Shown here in pieces: positions 29,850 through 39,619 of a stretch of DNA of 64,000 nt (position 1 is the first letter of the stretch; each line of letters starts with the position of its first letter). Below the pieces are notes generated by a model. The model was not told the origin of the DNA. It was given only the letters and a program-made list of their open reading frames with translations, and did not search any database. The stretch comes from Bradymonadales bacterium (GTDB lineage Bacteria; Myxococcota_A; Bradymonadia; JAFGEP01). The stretch is taken from positions 26,412 to 90,411 of the forward strand of contig JAFGEP010000114.1 of NCBI GenBank assembly GCA_016931535.1. The letters run 5' to 3'. The position numbers were made by a program, and so were the translations under genes.

Positions 29850-30916
29850 CGGCTTCCTCCCCGATCGGCCAGGAAGCGCAGCAGGTCTCGATTGGAAGCA
29901 GCGGTGGCCTCGATCATCGGGAAGTGGCCGCAACGAGGGTACACGACCAGCTCGGCGCCGGGGAGATCGCGAACGAGGCGTTCGCCGTAGGGTAGCGGGG
30001 TGGTGGTATCCTCCCGGCCCCACAAGAGCAGCACGGGCTGACGGATCGTCCGGTACCGCTCCTCCAGCTCCGCCAGGCTGCGATCCCGAGCGGTTGCCAG
30101 CGCCGCCGCCCGGGTGCCCGGGCGATCGAGCGCGCGACCCACCCGGTCTGCCAGGTCCTGAGTCATCCGTTCGGGGTCGTAGAACGCCAATGCCATGCGC
30201 TCATCCGGCCGCTCGCCATAGAACAGCCCGAACAAAATCTCTCCCAGGACCGGTGCGGAAGCCCAGTGAATGAAAAGAGGGGTTTGATCCTCGTACACCC
30301 AGGCGTCGTACAGCGCCAACCGATCGATCCGATCCGGTGCGCGCAGCGCCATGGCCAACGCCACCGAGGATCCCCAGGAGTGGGCCACCACCGAGACCTC
30401 GTTCAGCCCGAGGCGATCGAGCAAAGCCAGCACCAGGTCGGCCTGGGCCAAGGGCGAATAGTCGCCTGGCGGCCTGTCGGTCCAACCGAACCCCTTGAGA
30501 TCCAGGGCGATGGTTCGGTGTGTTCGGGAAAGATCGGGCAGGACCGTCTCCCAGGTCTCCAGAGAAGAGGCGTAGCCGTGCAGGAGCACTACCGGCGGTC
30601 CTTCTCCGATATCCAGATAGCGGATCCGGACGCCGTCTACGGTCAAGAACGTGGCGTCCGCCGGCTCCAAGGGCATGGGACCCTGGTGAAAGGAGAGGCA
30701 GCCGACGATGTTGGCCAGTATAAACAGGTAGCAACAGAGGGCGAGCGCTACGTGGGTTGCAGCGGGAGTACCTGGCGAGATGCCCTGGCTACCAACATCG
30801 CGATGAGTCCGGCGTTTCTTTCCGCAGTCGGGGAGTGACCGATCACTCGGGCAGTTCTGTCGGAAATAGCGACAGAAGTCGGGGAGTGAACCGTGGCTGC
30901 CACCTGACTCCCTCAT
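29846..30916 (-). CDS. Alpha/beta fold hydrolase, probable lipoprotein
   Basis: LLHGY, DLKGFG, AHSWGS nucleophile elbow, WGRED, GHFP; hydrophobic stretch ending IVGC; ATGA coupling at both ends. Confidence 0.88.
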   Translation of the reverse strand: MRESGGSHGSLPDFCRYFRQNCPSDRSLPDCGKKRRTHRDVGSQGISPGTPAATHVALALCCYLFILANIVGCLSFHQGPMPLEPADATFLTVDGVRIRYLDIGEGPPVVLLHGYASSLETWETVLPDLSRTHRTIALDLKGFGWTDRPPGDYSPLAQADLVLALLDRLGLNEVSVVAHSWGSSVALAMALRAPDRIDRLALYDAWVYEDQTPLFIHWASAPVLGEILFGLFYGERPDERMALAFYDPERMTQDLADRVGRALDRPGTRAAALATARDRSLAELEERYRTIRQPVLLLWGREDTTTPLPYGERLVRDLPGAELVVYPRCGHFPMIEATAASNRDLLRFLADRGGSR

Positions 30917-31923
30917 GGCGCCAGCCTCCGGATCTCGTCCGCCCGGGTGAACTCCATCTCGGCCTCGTTCTGCTCGGAGGTGATGGCCGCCACCGTGCCG
31001 AAGCACTCGGTCACGAAGTAGAAGGAACGGATCTCGGTCAGCAGCACCCCCTGGAGGCGGGAGAGGTGGACGCGGACCCTGAGCACCGGGAAGGTTCCGT
31101 AGGGGGTTTTCAGGGTCCCATGGGCATCCACTCGGGACTCGTAGTCCTCCCAGTAGACCCCCCAGACGCCGACCAGGGTGCCCTCGACGGTGGAGTCGGT
31201 GGTCCAGCTTTTATCCAGCTCGAGCGGGAGGGAGAGCACCACGATCGGGGGATCGTAGGTCAGCTCTGTAGTGAAGAGGGTTTCTTCCGGGGAGACCACG
31301 CCCAGCAAGAGGAGGGCCTCGTCGGTGACCTGGAAGACGCCCAGGAGGTCGGCCTTGTCGCTCAAGGGGGTGAAGTAGGTGGCGTCAGGAAAATCGTCGG
31401 CGAACCACTGGCCGGTCGGAGGGCGCAGCTCGACCAGGACCGAATGATCTCCCTCCAGCGGTCCGGAGAGGTCCCAGGTCCGGCTGTCGTCCGGGAGAGT
31501 GGTTCCAGCGGTGTCCACGTCGACGTCGCCGGTGACCCGGAAGGTGGCCCGAAGCCCAGCCTGGAGAGGGATTTCCGATCGATCGATGAGGCCGTCGTGG
31601 TTGGGGATGCACAAAAGCGGACCGCTGTCGCCGTCGCGCTCCAGGTCGGCGGATCCGTCCGGTAGCGTTTGGTCGGGCATGCCCTGGTCGCCCGGGTCGG
31701 TGGTCGTATCGCCGTTCGGGTCTTGCCCGCAGTCGTCCACTGTCAAGGCGTCATCATTCTGTCCCATGTCGGCATCGCCCTCGAGGGGAGCGCAGCGGCC
31801 ATTGGAGAGGCAGATGCCGGAGGCGCAATCGGCACCGGCCCGGCACTCCACCGCCTGGTCGTCTCCGCAGCCCGACAGGGCGACAAGAGCAAGACAGGCC
31901 AACCGGGTAAGCGGTTTTCTCAT
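30913..31923 (-). CDS. Hypothetical lipoprotein, paralog of 27139-28047
   Basis: Lipobox LSGC, short Cys-rich unit, CIPNHDGLID, TECFGTV..EIRRL. Confidence 0.8.
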   Translation of the reverse strand: MRKPLTRLACLALVALSGCGDDQAVECRAGADCASGICLSNGRCAPLEGDADMGQNDDALTVDDCGQDPNGDTTTDPGDQGMPDQTLPDGSADLERDGDSGPLLCIPNHDGLIDRSEIPLQAGLRATFRVTGDVDVDTAGTTLPDDSRTWDLSGPLEGDHSVLVELRPPTGQWFADDFPDATYFTPLSDKADLLGVFQVTDEALLLLGVVSPEETLFTTELTYDPPIVVLSLPLELDKSWTTDSTVEGTLVGVWGVYWEDYESRVDAHGTLKTPYGTFPVLRVRVHLSRLQGVLLTEIRSFYFVTECFGTVAAITSEQNEAEMEFTRADEIRRLAP

Positions 31924-31991
31924 GTTGGCACCACGCCTTGGGCAGATGGGATGAATGGTGCTGGTTCGCAGGGTGCGAGGGGTCGAGGTTC

Positions 31992-33512
31992 TCATGTCGC
32001 CACCATGCCGTTCGAACTGTGGCTGGAGCGCCCAGCCGGTCTGGGGACGAGCGCTCGGCGGGCCAGGGTGGTGAGGCCGAACACCAGGCTTCCTGTGAGG
32101 ATGCCCACGCTGGCCAGGAAAGCCGGGTTGTTGGCCATGAAGCTGATCTTAAACAGGGCGGTCACCAGGTAGCCCACGCCGGCGGCGATCGTGCCGGCGA
32201 CCACCGCCGATCGGCTGGCGTTTCTAAGGAACATGCCGGAAGCCAGGGGGATGAGGCTGGTGGTGATGATCAGGTAGACGCCGTACTGGGCGAAGATGGC
32301 CACCGAGCCGCCGGTCGGATTGGCGATTTGCCAGCGGGCCAGAAAGAAGGTGGCGACCCCCAGAAGGACGATGGACCCTCGGCCGACCGCCAAGGCCGAG
32401 CGGCTTTTTCGCTCTCCAGTCCAGCTCTTCAAGCGGTGGTCGCCCAGGATTCCCAGGTACAGGTCGGTGGAGATGATGGTGGAGAGGGCCAGCAGGATCC
32501 CCTCCAGGGTGGAGATTCCGGCGCACAGGATGCCGATGGAGATCAACACCTGCAGGCCGGACGAGAAGTGGCTGGCGATGTAGGTGGGGACCACCAGGTC
32601 CATGGCGGTGTTGGCCGGGAGCTCCAGGCGGGCGAACAGCCCCACCCACATGACCATCACGAACACCGTGCCGGTGGCGATGGCCACCAGGAGATACTGA
32701 CGGAGGTCCCTGTCCTGTTTCAGGTAGAGCGACTTGGACAGGACGTGAGGCTGGCAGACGAGTGCCAGGCCGACCAGCAGGTTGGCGCCAAACACCTCGA
32801 AGAGGTTCCGAAAGTAGAGGCTATGCGGATTGACAACCCGCACGAGCATCGGATCGGAGGCCGCCAACCTGGCAAACAGCCCCTCTCCCTCCCAGAGCGA
32901 GGGTAGACCGGATGCCAGCAGGATGACGGCCACCACCAGCATGACGACCGCCTGCACGGCGTTGGTGTAGGCATGGGTGTTGACCCCGCCCAGTAACACG
33001 TAGCCGTAGACGAACAGGATCAGCGCCAACGCCAAGGTCCAGGCGGGTATCCCCAAGAGGGCGTGCAGGACATGAGAGATCGCCACCACGATCAGCACGG
33101 CGAAGCTGAGCAGGGCCATCGAGAGGACCGCAAAGGCCAAAGAAAGCCCTCGGCTCCGAAATCGCGCGCCGATCCACTGGGGTACGGTCAAGGCCGTCAC
33201 GGTGGTGCCGAACCGGCGGAAGGCGCTGGAGAAGATCACCAGGCCGGCGGTGATGCCGATCGCGGCGGCCACCCCGTAGCCCATCAGGCCAGCCAGCCCA
33301 TAGGAGAAGACCAGCCCCGGGTTGACCACAAAGGTGGCCACGCTGGTGAGCTGAGCGGCAAGCGAAAGCCCGACGATGGCGGGGTGGATGGTGCGATTGC
33401 CGATGGCGAAGGACTCCAGCGTCTTGGTCCGTCGCCAGCCGCGATAGGCCAGGTAGGCGGTGATCAGTACGTAGGTGGCGAGCGCGAAGCAGGCCAGGGT
33501 GAGCTTGTCCAT
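31992..33512 (-). CDS. Sodium:solute symporter family protein
   Basis: About 13 TMs; FAIGNR, LAAQLTSVATFV.NPG, YVLLGG....YTNAVQ, AGISTLEG.LL. Confidence 0.9.
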   Translation of the reverse strand: MDKLTLACFALATYVLITAYLAYRGWRRTKTLESFAIGNRTIHPAIVGLSLAAQLTSVATFVVNPGLVFSYGLAGLMGYGVAAAIGITAGLVIFSSAFRRFGTTVTALTVPQWIGARFRSRGLSLAFAVLSMALLSFAVLIVVAISHVLHALLGIPAWTLALALILFVYGYVLLGGVNTHAYTNAVQAVVMLVVAVILLASGLPSLWEGEGLFARLAASDPMLVRVVNPHSLYFRNLFEVFGANLLVGLALVCQPHVLSKSLYLKQDRDLRQYLLVAIATGTVFVMVMWVGLFARLELPANTAMDLVVPTYIASHFSSGLQVLISIGILCAGISTLEGILLALSTIISTDLYLGILGDHRLKSWTGERKSRSALAVGRGSIVLLGVATFFLARWQIANPTGGSVAIFAQYGVYLIITTSLIPLASGMFLRNASRSAVVAGTIAAGVGYLVTALFKISFMANNPAFLASVGILTGSLVFGLTTLARRALVPRPAGRSSHSSNGMVAT

Positions 33513-33523
33513 GGCGCGGCTCC

Positions 33524-33988
33524 CTATCGGTCGGTGGGAGAAGAACCCGGTGTGCCTTGCCCGGTTCCATCCGGATCCTGCAGATGCTCGAACAGGCGGG
33601 TGACCGTATCGGCCAGCACCCGGATCTGTGCTTCGACGGTCTTCAGGCGGCCATCGAGAGACTCGATGGCGGTGGCCAGCTTGGCCGGATCGAAGGGAGG
33701 ATCGGCAGTGGGCTGGCCGGCCGAGGAGGCGATCCGGGTCTCGATGGCCTGGATCCGCTGCTCGATCAGCTCCAGGGCGCGCACCAGGGGAGCCAGGTCC
33801 AAAGAAGGGGTCCGGTTGTCTTTGGACCGGGTGGGGTGGAGCCTGCCCAGCTCGCCCGCCAGCTCGGCGAGGCGGTTGGGGTCGTTCAACAGGGCGCGCC
33901 ACCAGGCTTCCAGGGTACGTTGCCAGACCTGGGCGATCTGGCCGCCCAGGGTGAGGAGGTTGGTGGTGGCGAAGGGGTCCTGGTTCAT
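33524..33988 (-). CDS. Hypothetical coiled-coil protein, possibly PhaE-like or granule-associated
   Basis: AGGAG RBS; amphipathic N-terminal helix, two coiled-coil segments; divergent from phaR. Confidence 0.6.
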   Translation of the reverse strand: MNQDPFATTNLLTLGGQIAQVWQRTLEAWWRALLNDPNRLAELAGELGRLHPTRSKDNRTPSLDLAPLVRALELIEQRIQAIETRIASSAGQPTADPPFDPAKLATAIESLDGRLKTVEAQIRVLADTVTRLFEHLQDPDGTGQGTPGSSPTDR

Positions 33989-34167
33989 GGGAGCTCCTGA
34001 GGGTCCCGGCCGTTTACGCGTTTGCACAATGCGGTCAGGGTTAGCAAGATAGCGAAGCTGGAGATAACAGTCAAGGGAATTTTGCGTTTGCAACACCGGT
34101 CGATGTTGCGATGCCGCCAAGGATGGGGTATCCTGGCGGAGTCCCCTGGGCGAGGGAGGAGTGAACG

Positions 34168-34851
34168 ATGGCCAGTTCGACAGGAGCGGGTGACGGTCCG
34201 GTGCTCATCAAGAAGTACAGCAACCGGCGGTTGTACGATACGAGGCAGAGCCGCTATATCACGCTGGGAGAGCTGGCGGGCATCGTGGCGTCCGGCAGCC
34301 CGGTGAAGGTGGTGGATGCGGCCAGCGGGGAGGATCTGACCCGCCAGGTGCTGGTTCAGGTGATCCTGGAGCAACAGGATCGACTGGACCTGCTACCGGT
34401 CGAGCTGTTGCATGCGGTGATCCGCATCCAGGGGACATTCCAGCAAGCGCCATTTGCGGCTTTTCTGGCGGCTGCCACCCAGCAGTTCCTCTCGGCCGGA
34501 TCGATGTGGGCCCGGCAGATGGCGAACCTGGTGGGGGGGGTTCCCGGGATGGGGACGGGCGTCTTCTCCGGTTTTCCGGGCGGAGGGGGGATGGGCGGTT
34601 TTCCCGGGTTCGCTCCTTTCGCGGCAGGTGTCGGATCCGGCGCGACGGGCGGACCGGACCCCTCTGGAGCTCCGGGCCCCCCGAGTGATCCGGCCCAGGA
34701 CCGGGGGTTTTCGAACGGCGCCGCTGGTGAGGAGGGCGCCCCCCCTCCTGGCGGCGACCATCTCTCCGATTCGGCAGAATCCAAAGCAGAGGTCGAGGAA
34801 CTCCGGCAGCGGATGGAAGAGCTGCTCCGGCGTTTGGACCGGTCCCAGTAA
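34168..34851 (+). CDS. phaR: Polyhydroxyalkanoate synthesis regulator with PhaR-type DNA-binding domain
   Basis: IKKYSNRRLYDT..SRYITL.EL...V..G..VKVVDA.SGEDLTRQVL.Q.ILEQ. Confidence 0.9.
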   Translation: MASSTGAGDGPVLIKKYSNRRLYDTRQSRYITLGELAGIVASGSPVKVVDAASGEDLTRQVLVQVILEQQDRLDLLPVELLHAVIRIQGTFQQAPFAAFLAAATQQFLSAGSMWARQMANLVGGVPGMGTGVFSGFPGGGGMGGFPGFAPFAAGVGSGATGGPDPSGAPGPPSDPAQDRGFSNGAAGEEGAPPPGGDHLSDSAESKAEVEELRQRMEELLRRLDRSQ

Positions 34852-35091
34852 CTAGCCGTTTGGTATCGCCATTCACATTCATGCAGCAGCCGGCGCCTCT
34901 CCGAACGGGTCAGCCGGAGATCTGTTTCCGGTTACCACCGAGGGCTCAGGGGGAGAACCCGGCAGATGGAGGACTGCCCAGCCCCAGGGGCCCGGTGGCC
35001 GGTGTGAGGGCGGGAGATCCCGGCGGGTGGGGGATTACCTGGGGCGACCGGAGATCCGCTCCCCGCCATCCCTGAGCGCAACGGGTGGGGC

Positions 35092-36714
35092 TCAGGTTGC
35101 CGAGGGGGCCTCCCGATCCAGCAGGAAATCGGACATGCGGTTCCAGAGCGGCCGGGCTTTGCGGTCGATCATGATCCCGACGTGGGCGCCGTCGATGAGC
35201 ACAAAGCGGTTGTCCTGGCTGGAGACCAGCTGGTTGAGGATCTCGACCGATTGGGGGGGGACGATCCAGTCCTTGCTGGCGGCCAGGTTCATCAAGGGAC
35301 AGCGGATGGACGTCAGATCTACCGGTCGCCCGTGGATGCGGGTCTCCCCGCGGCGGAAGCGGTCGGCGTGAAACACCTCCTTGATGAAGGCCCGGAAGAC
35401 CTCGCCAGGGATATCCACATTGTCGTTGGCCCAGCGGTCCACCGGGTAGAACAGGGCCATCACCTGGTCGTCGCCCAGGTTCTCGTAGAACATCTTCCAC
35501 TTCATGATCTCGTAGTAGGGCTTGAGTGCCATGAAGGTGTAACGGATGAGCTTGGCGGGCATGAGGCCGAAGGCATCGATGATGGCGTCGATGGGTAGCA
35601 GCTCCTTGTCGGTCCACAAGGACACCACGCCGCCTTGTGCCGAGGTGATGGGAGTGGTCAGGGTGACCAGTCGGGAGACGGTGTCGGGGTAGAGGGCGGT
35701 GAGCATCAAGGCCAGGTTGCCGCCGATGCAATGGCCGAGCAGGGCGACCCGCGAGGCCCCCGTCCGTTGTCGGATGACCTCGATGCAGCCGGTCAGCCCG
35801 GGATCGACATAGCTGTCCAGGGTGGTGGTCCGATCGCCGGCCTGGGCGGCGCCCCATTCCACGAGGTACACGTCGGCCCCCTGTTGGAGCAGATGCTCGA
35901 CGAAGGAGTTGCCCGGCAGCAGATCGAGGATATAGGAACGGTTGATCACCGAGTAGACCAGCAGTATCGGGTCCCCTTGTCTCTCTCCCGCTTCGGTGGC
36001 GGGCAGATAGTGATACAGCTCGACCTGGTCCTGCCGGTGGATCAGCTCGCGCGGTGTCTGGCCGACAGAGGTCAGGTCGGGGTCGGCGTAGTACTCCATG
36101 CCGTAGCGGGTTTTCACCGAGTAAGCCTGCAGGAAACGCTCCACGATGCGGGTGGCGTGCTCGTCGGCCTGCCCGGTGAGCATCTGGGTCCAGGCCTCGA
36201 CCAGGGGCCGAGTGTTCAGCTTGAAGGCGGCATCGTCCAGGCTCTTCAGGTCATCGGTGTACTCCTGGATCATGGACTCGAACCGGCTGGCCAGCCGCTG
36301 AGGGTCGAGCTGGGCGGCGCGTTGACTCCACTCGACAGGGAGCCTGGAAAGGCGCCGGGCCTCCTGCTCCCAGTTGGAGGCCACCAGGCGATCGAGCTGG
36401 GAGAAGGTCTGAGCGTGGAGGCGCTGTTGGCCGGCCTGAGGCAGCGTTTCCAGCCAGTGCTGCATCGTCTGGGATTGGAGGTGGGTCAGCTGGGTGAGCC
36501 CCAGGAATAGGCGATCTGCGAACTGTTCGAACTGCCGGGCGGGATCGTCGGGCGGGTCGGTGGCGCCGGAGGCGCCCGAGTCGCCAGGGCTCGCCGGTGT
36601 GGCAGGCGTCTTTCCGGCCGCATCGAGGAAGGCCTGCATGGTGGTGGTCCAGGAGCTGGCCCCCTCGGACCAGAGCCTCAGCAACTTCGAGAAGGGGTCG
36701 AACGGGTCGTTCAT
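35092..36714 (-). CDS. phaC: Class III-type PHA synthase with long N-terminal extension
   Basis: VGQTPRE, PILLVYSVINR.YILDL.PG.SF, GHCIGG catalytic box, DWIVPP, GAHVG; ATGA overlap with the CoA ligase. Confidence 0.85.
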   Translation of the reverse strand: MNDPFDPFSKLLRLWSEGASSWTTTMQAFLDAAGKTPATPASPGDSGASGATDPPDDPARQFEQFADRLFLGLTQLTHLQSQTMQHWLETLPQAGQQRLHAQTFSQLDRLVASNWEQEARRLSRLPVEWSQRAAQLDPQRLASRFESMIQEYTDDLKSLDDAAFKLNTRPLVEAWTQMLTGQADEHATRIVERFLQAYSVKTRYGMEYYADPDLTSVGQTPRELIHRQDQVELYHYLPATEAGERQGDPILLVYSVINRSYILDLLPGNSFVEHLLQQGADVYLVEWGAAQAGDRTTTLDSYVDPGLTGCIEVIRQRTGASRVALLGHCIGGNLALMLTALYPDTVSRLVTLTTPITSAQGGVVSLWTDKELLPIDAIIDAFGLMPAKLIRYTFMALKPYYEIMKWKMFYENLGDDQVMALFYPVDRWANDNVDIPGEVFRAFIKEVFHADRFRRGETRIHGRPVDLTSIRCPLMNLAASKDWIVPPQSVEILNQLVSSQDNRFVLIDGAHVGIMIDRKARPLWNRMSDFLLDREAPSAT

Positions 36715-38444
36715 GCGGGGTTCCTCATCGCGAGGGCGCGTTGGACGAGGTCGGTCCTGAGTATCTTTCCCGATGGCCCTTTGGGCAAGCTCTCGAGCAC
36801 GGTGAGGTACTTGGGCACCTTGTAACGGGCCAGCTCCTCTCTCAACAGGGCGATGATCTCGGTGGTCGAAGGCGCGGCGCCCACCCCACCCTCGAAGGCC
36901 AGGAAGGCATGGCCCACCTCTCCCCACTTCAAATCGGGTACGCCCACCGAGGCCGCCTCGATCACGCCCGGGATCCGGTAGAGCGCTCCCTCGACCTCGG
37001 CGGGGTAGATGTTCTCGCCGCCGCTGATGTACATCTCCTTGAGCCGTCCCACCACGTAATGGTAACCCTCCTCATCTTGGCGGAAGAGGTCGCCGGTGGT
37101 GAACCAGCCGTCGCCGGTTCGAGAGGAGCGGGTGGCTCGAGGGTCGTTCCAGTAGCCAGGGCTGACGGTGGGGCCGCGCAGCTGCAGCTCTCCCACCTCT
37201 CCCGGCCTGACCGGTGTTCCGCCCGCATCCACGATGCGGGTGTCCAGGTGCAGGACGGGGAACCCCACCGACCCCGCCTTGCAGATGGCGTCAGCCGGGT
37301 GGAGCGCAAAGCAGTTGGGGCCCACCTCGGTGAGGCCGTAGCCTTGCTTGAACACGATCCCCCGCGCCTGGTACGCCTCGATGAGGGGAAGGGGACAGGC
37401 CGCTCCCCCGCTGACGAAAAACCGGACCGCCCCCAAGTCAGCCTTTTGCAGCACTTCGCACTCCAGCATCATCTGGAACATGGTGGGCACGGCGAACAGG
37501 ATGGTCCCCCGGTATCGCTCCAGAGCCCGGATGGTCCTTGTAGCATCGAAACCGGGCATCAGGACCACCGTGCCTCCCCGGTGAAGCAGCGGGAGGGTCA
37601 ACACGTTCCAGCCTCCCGTGTGAAAAAACGGGGTATGAGTGAGGGTGACGTCGTCCTGGTGCAGGTCCCAAGAGGTGGCGGTATTGATCGCGTTCCAGGT
37701 CACGGTCCCGTGGGTGAGGATGGCCCCTTTCGGCCGGCCGGTGGTGCCGCTGGTATACAGCAACATCAGCGGCGTATCCTCCTCGATCTCCTCGGTGACG
37801 ACTGGGTCGTCCACTGTGGCGTCTCGGAGGTGGGCATAGGATTGGTGGACGCAAATGGCCGTTTCTTCCCGGGTGCCCCGCTGGGTTGTCGCGATCGCAC
37901 CGCAGCCTTGCTCGTCCAACGCTACCGGGGTTTCCCCGCGCCTTCGCTTGGTCGCCTCGGGGTCATCCGGGCTGGCGGGCCAAGCGCGCTCACCGGATGG
38001 AAGAGGTCGCTCCAGGCCTGTTTGCGGCGGACCATCGGCGAGACCAGGGGGATCGAAGGGGACGACCGGTCCTGGCCAGAGGCCGGCGGCCAGCGTCTGG
38101 ACCGTCCCAGCCACGTCGGCGCCGAAAAAGAGGACCCGGGGAGAAGAGTCTTCCAGGATATGGGCCACCTCCCGGGCGGTGAGCCGCCAGTTGATCGGCA
38201 CCAGGATGGCCCCCAGCTTCGCTACTGCAAAAAACAGCTCCACCTGCTCGATCCGGTTGGCGCCGAGCAGGGCGACCCGGTCGCCCGGTTGCACTCCGAA
38301 CCGATCGGCCAGCAGGCGAGCCGCCTGGTCTGCCCGCCGGTCCAGCTGGGCATAGGTCAAGCTGTGCCCGCTGTCGGCATCGACCAGGGCTGCCTTGTTG
38401 CCGATGACCGGGGCCCACTTGGCCAGCCAGCTCCCGTGTATCAT
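36711..38444 (-). CDS. Long-chain acyl-CoA synthetase (AMP-binding family)
   Basis: YTSGTTGRPKG, QGYGLTE, GWFTTGDL, ISGGENIYPAEVE, GKI. Confidence 0.93.
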   Translation of the reverse strand: MIHGSWLAKWAPVIGNKAALVDADSGHSLTYAQLDRRADQAARLLADRFGVQPGDRVALLGANRIEQVELFFAVAKLGAILVPINWRLTAREVAHILEDSSPRVLFFGADVAGTVQTLAAGLWPGPVVPFDPPGLADGPPQTGLERPLPSGERAWPASPDDPEATKRRRGETPVALDEQGCGAIATTQRGTREETAICVHQSYAHLRDATVDDPVVTEEIEEDTPLMLLYTSGTTGRPKGAILTHGTVTWNAINTATSWDLHQDDVTLTHTPFFHTGGWNVLTLPLLHRGGTVVLMPGFDATRTIRALERYRGTILFAVPTMFQMMLECEVLQKADLGAVRFFVSGGAACPLPLIEAYQARGIVFKQGYGLTEVGPNCFALHPADAICKAGSVGFPVLHLDTRIVDAGGTPVRPGEVGELQLRGPTVSPGYWNDPRATRSSRTGDGWFTTGDLFRQDEEGYHYVVGRLKEMYISGGENIYPAEVEGALYRIPGVIEAASVGVPDLKWGEVGHAFLAFEGGVGAAPSTTEIIALLREELARYKVPKYLTVLESLPKGPSGKILRTDLVQRALAMRNPA

Positions 38445-38647
38445 GACGGCGTCTCCTGTCGAGGCGGCTTGGGCCTATTTATGCACATGCACAAAAATTC
38501 GTCAAGTCGAATTGTGCAGAAGCATATCGAGGGCCGCCGGAAAGGCAGGAGGTCAGGCCGGTTACTCGGCTTTCCAGAAGGCCGGCTCGGGGCGCGACAT
38601 GCCGGGAGAGATGCGTGTTGTGCGCCGCACCAAGAAGGCGGCCTGGC

Positions 38648-39118
38648 CTACCGGATCCGGAGGATGATGTGCCAGCCGTAGTTGGTCATGACCAATCCGG
38701 CCTCGCCCACCTGGAGCCGCAGGCTGAGCTCCTTGAAGGGAGGGACCAGCCCGGCCTCGGGGGTGGCGGTATAGCTTTCCCCGGTGCTGGCGCTGCCGGG
38801 ATCCTCCGAGTACTGGGCCATCAGCCGTTCGATGGGATCTCCTGCGCGGACCTGGAGCAGAAGGGCGGTGGCGAGCTGATCGGCCTGTTCCCGGGAGCGT
38901 GCAGCCGCCCGGGGATCTGCCTGGCTGCCACGCGTGGAGGCGAGATCCGCCCAGCCGATCAAGATGTGCTTGACCTCGGCGTTGTCGGTCACCGGGTCGC
39001 GAGCGAGGATCTGCTGGGACGCGGGATCGATGGTCTCGAAGGCGGTCTGTTGGGCCATCAGGACGGAGGTCAAAGACAGGATGACCACAAGCGGAAACAA
39101 GGAAGAGATGCGCAACAT
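38648..39118 (-). CDS. Secreted parvulin-type peptidyl-prolyl isomerase
   Basis: Signal peptide; VKHILI, SEDPGSA, LVPPF, V.TNYGWHII.R. Confidence 0.88.
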   Translation of the reverse strand: MLRISSLFPLVVILSLTSVLMAQQTAFETIDPASQQILARDPVTDNAEVKHILIGWADLASTRGSQADPRAAARSREQADQLATALLLQVRAGDPIERLMAQYSEDPGSASTGESYTATPEAGLVPPFKELSLRLQVGEAGLVMTNYGWHIILRIR

Positions 39119-39227
39119 AGGTACTCCTGGTCTTGCATGCACTTTGGCGATGCAGGATGCCTCAGCTGTGCACAGGGTACAAGGTGTTGGTGGCCTGAAT
39201 AGCAGAGCGGATCGCGGCGACCGGGGG

Positions 39228-39473
39228 CCATGGAGAGCGCCGAGGACGCAGAGTCGGGCTTCTGGATGAAGGAGGTGTGGAAGAAGCGACCGGTCAATCC
39301 GTGTTGTGGTCGTCCTCAGGAACTGCACAATGCAGCTCCTGGGGTTGGTCGAAAGCCTGAGGAGGGCTCAGGGGGCGGTTCTGGACTGTCCGTTCACTCC
39401 TTGTTGCGAGTCAAGCGGTTACGTTGCAGAAAGGAGCTTCCCTTGCTCTCTGCGTCCTCGGCGCTCTCCATGG
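39228..39473. mobile_element. MITE-like element bounded by perfect 26-bp inverted repeats
   Basis: CCATGGAGAGCGCCGAGGACGCAGAG (39228-39253) and its exact reverse complement (39448-39473); no convincing internal gene. Confidence 0.6.
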
Positions 39474-39619
39474 ACCTGCCGGTCACCTGCACTGGAGAGG
39501 ATCGTCGGTTCGAGGGACTGGCCGGCTTTCCGACCGCCAGGCCGGATGCCGGTGTGCCGTCGGGATTCACCGAGGCACCATGTCCCACCGCAGTTTCAGT
39601 CCCGATTGGGGTGGGAACG

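Noticed and set aside
34943..35078. Possible structured ncRNA between phaR and phaC (GCTCAGGG...CCCTGAGC ends)
   Set aside because: Only an 8-bp closing stem in very GC-rich sequence and no recognisable RNA family features; needs a covariance search
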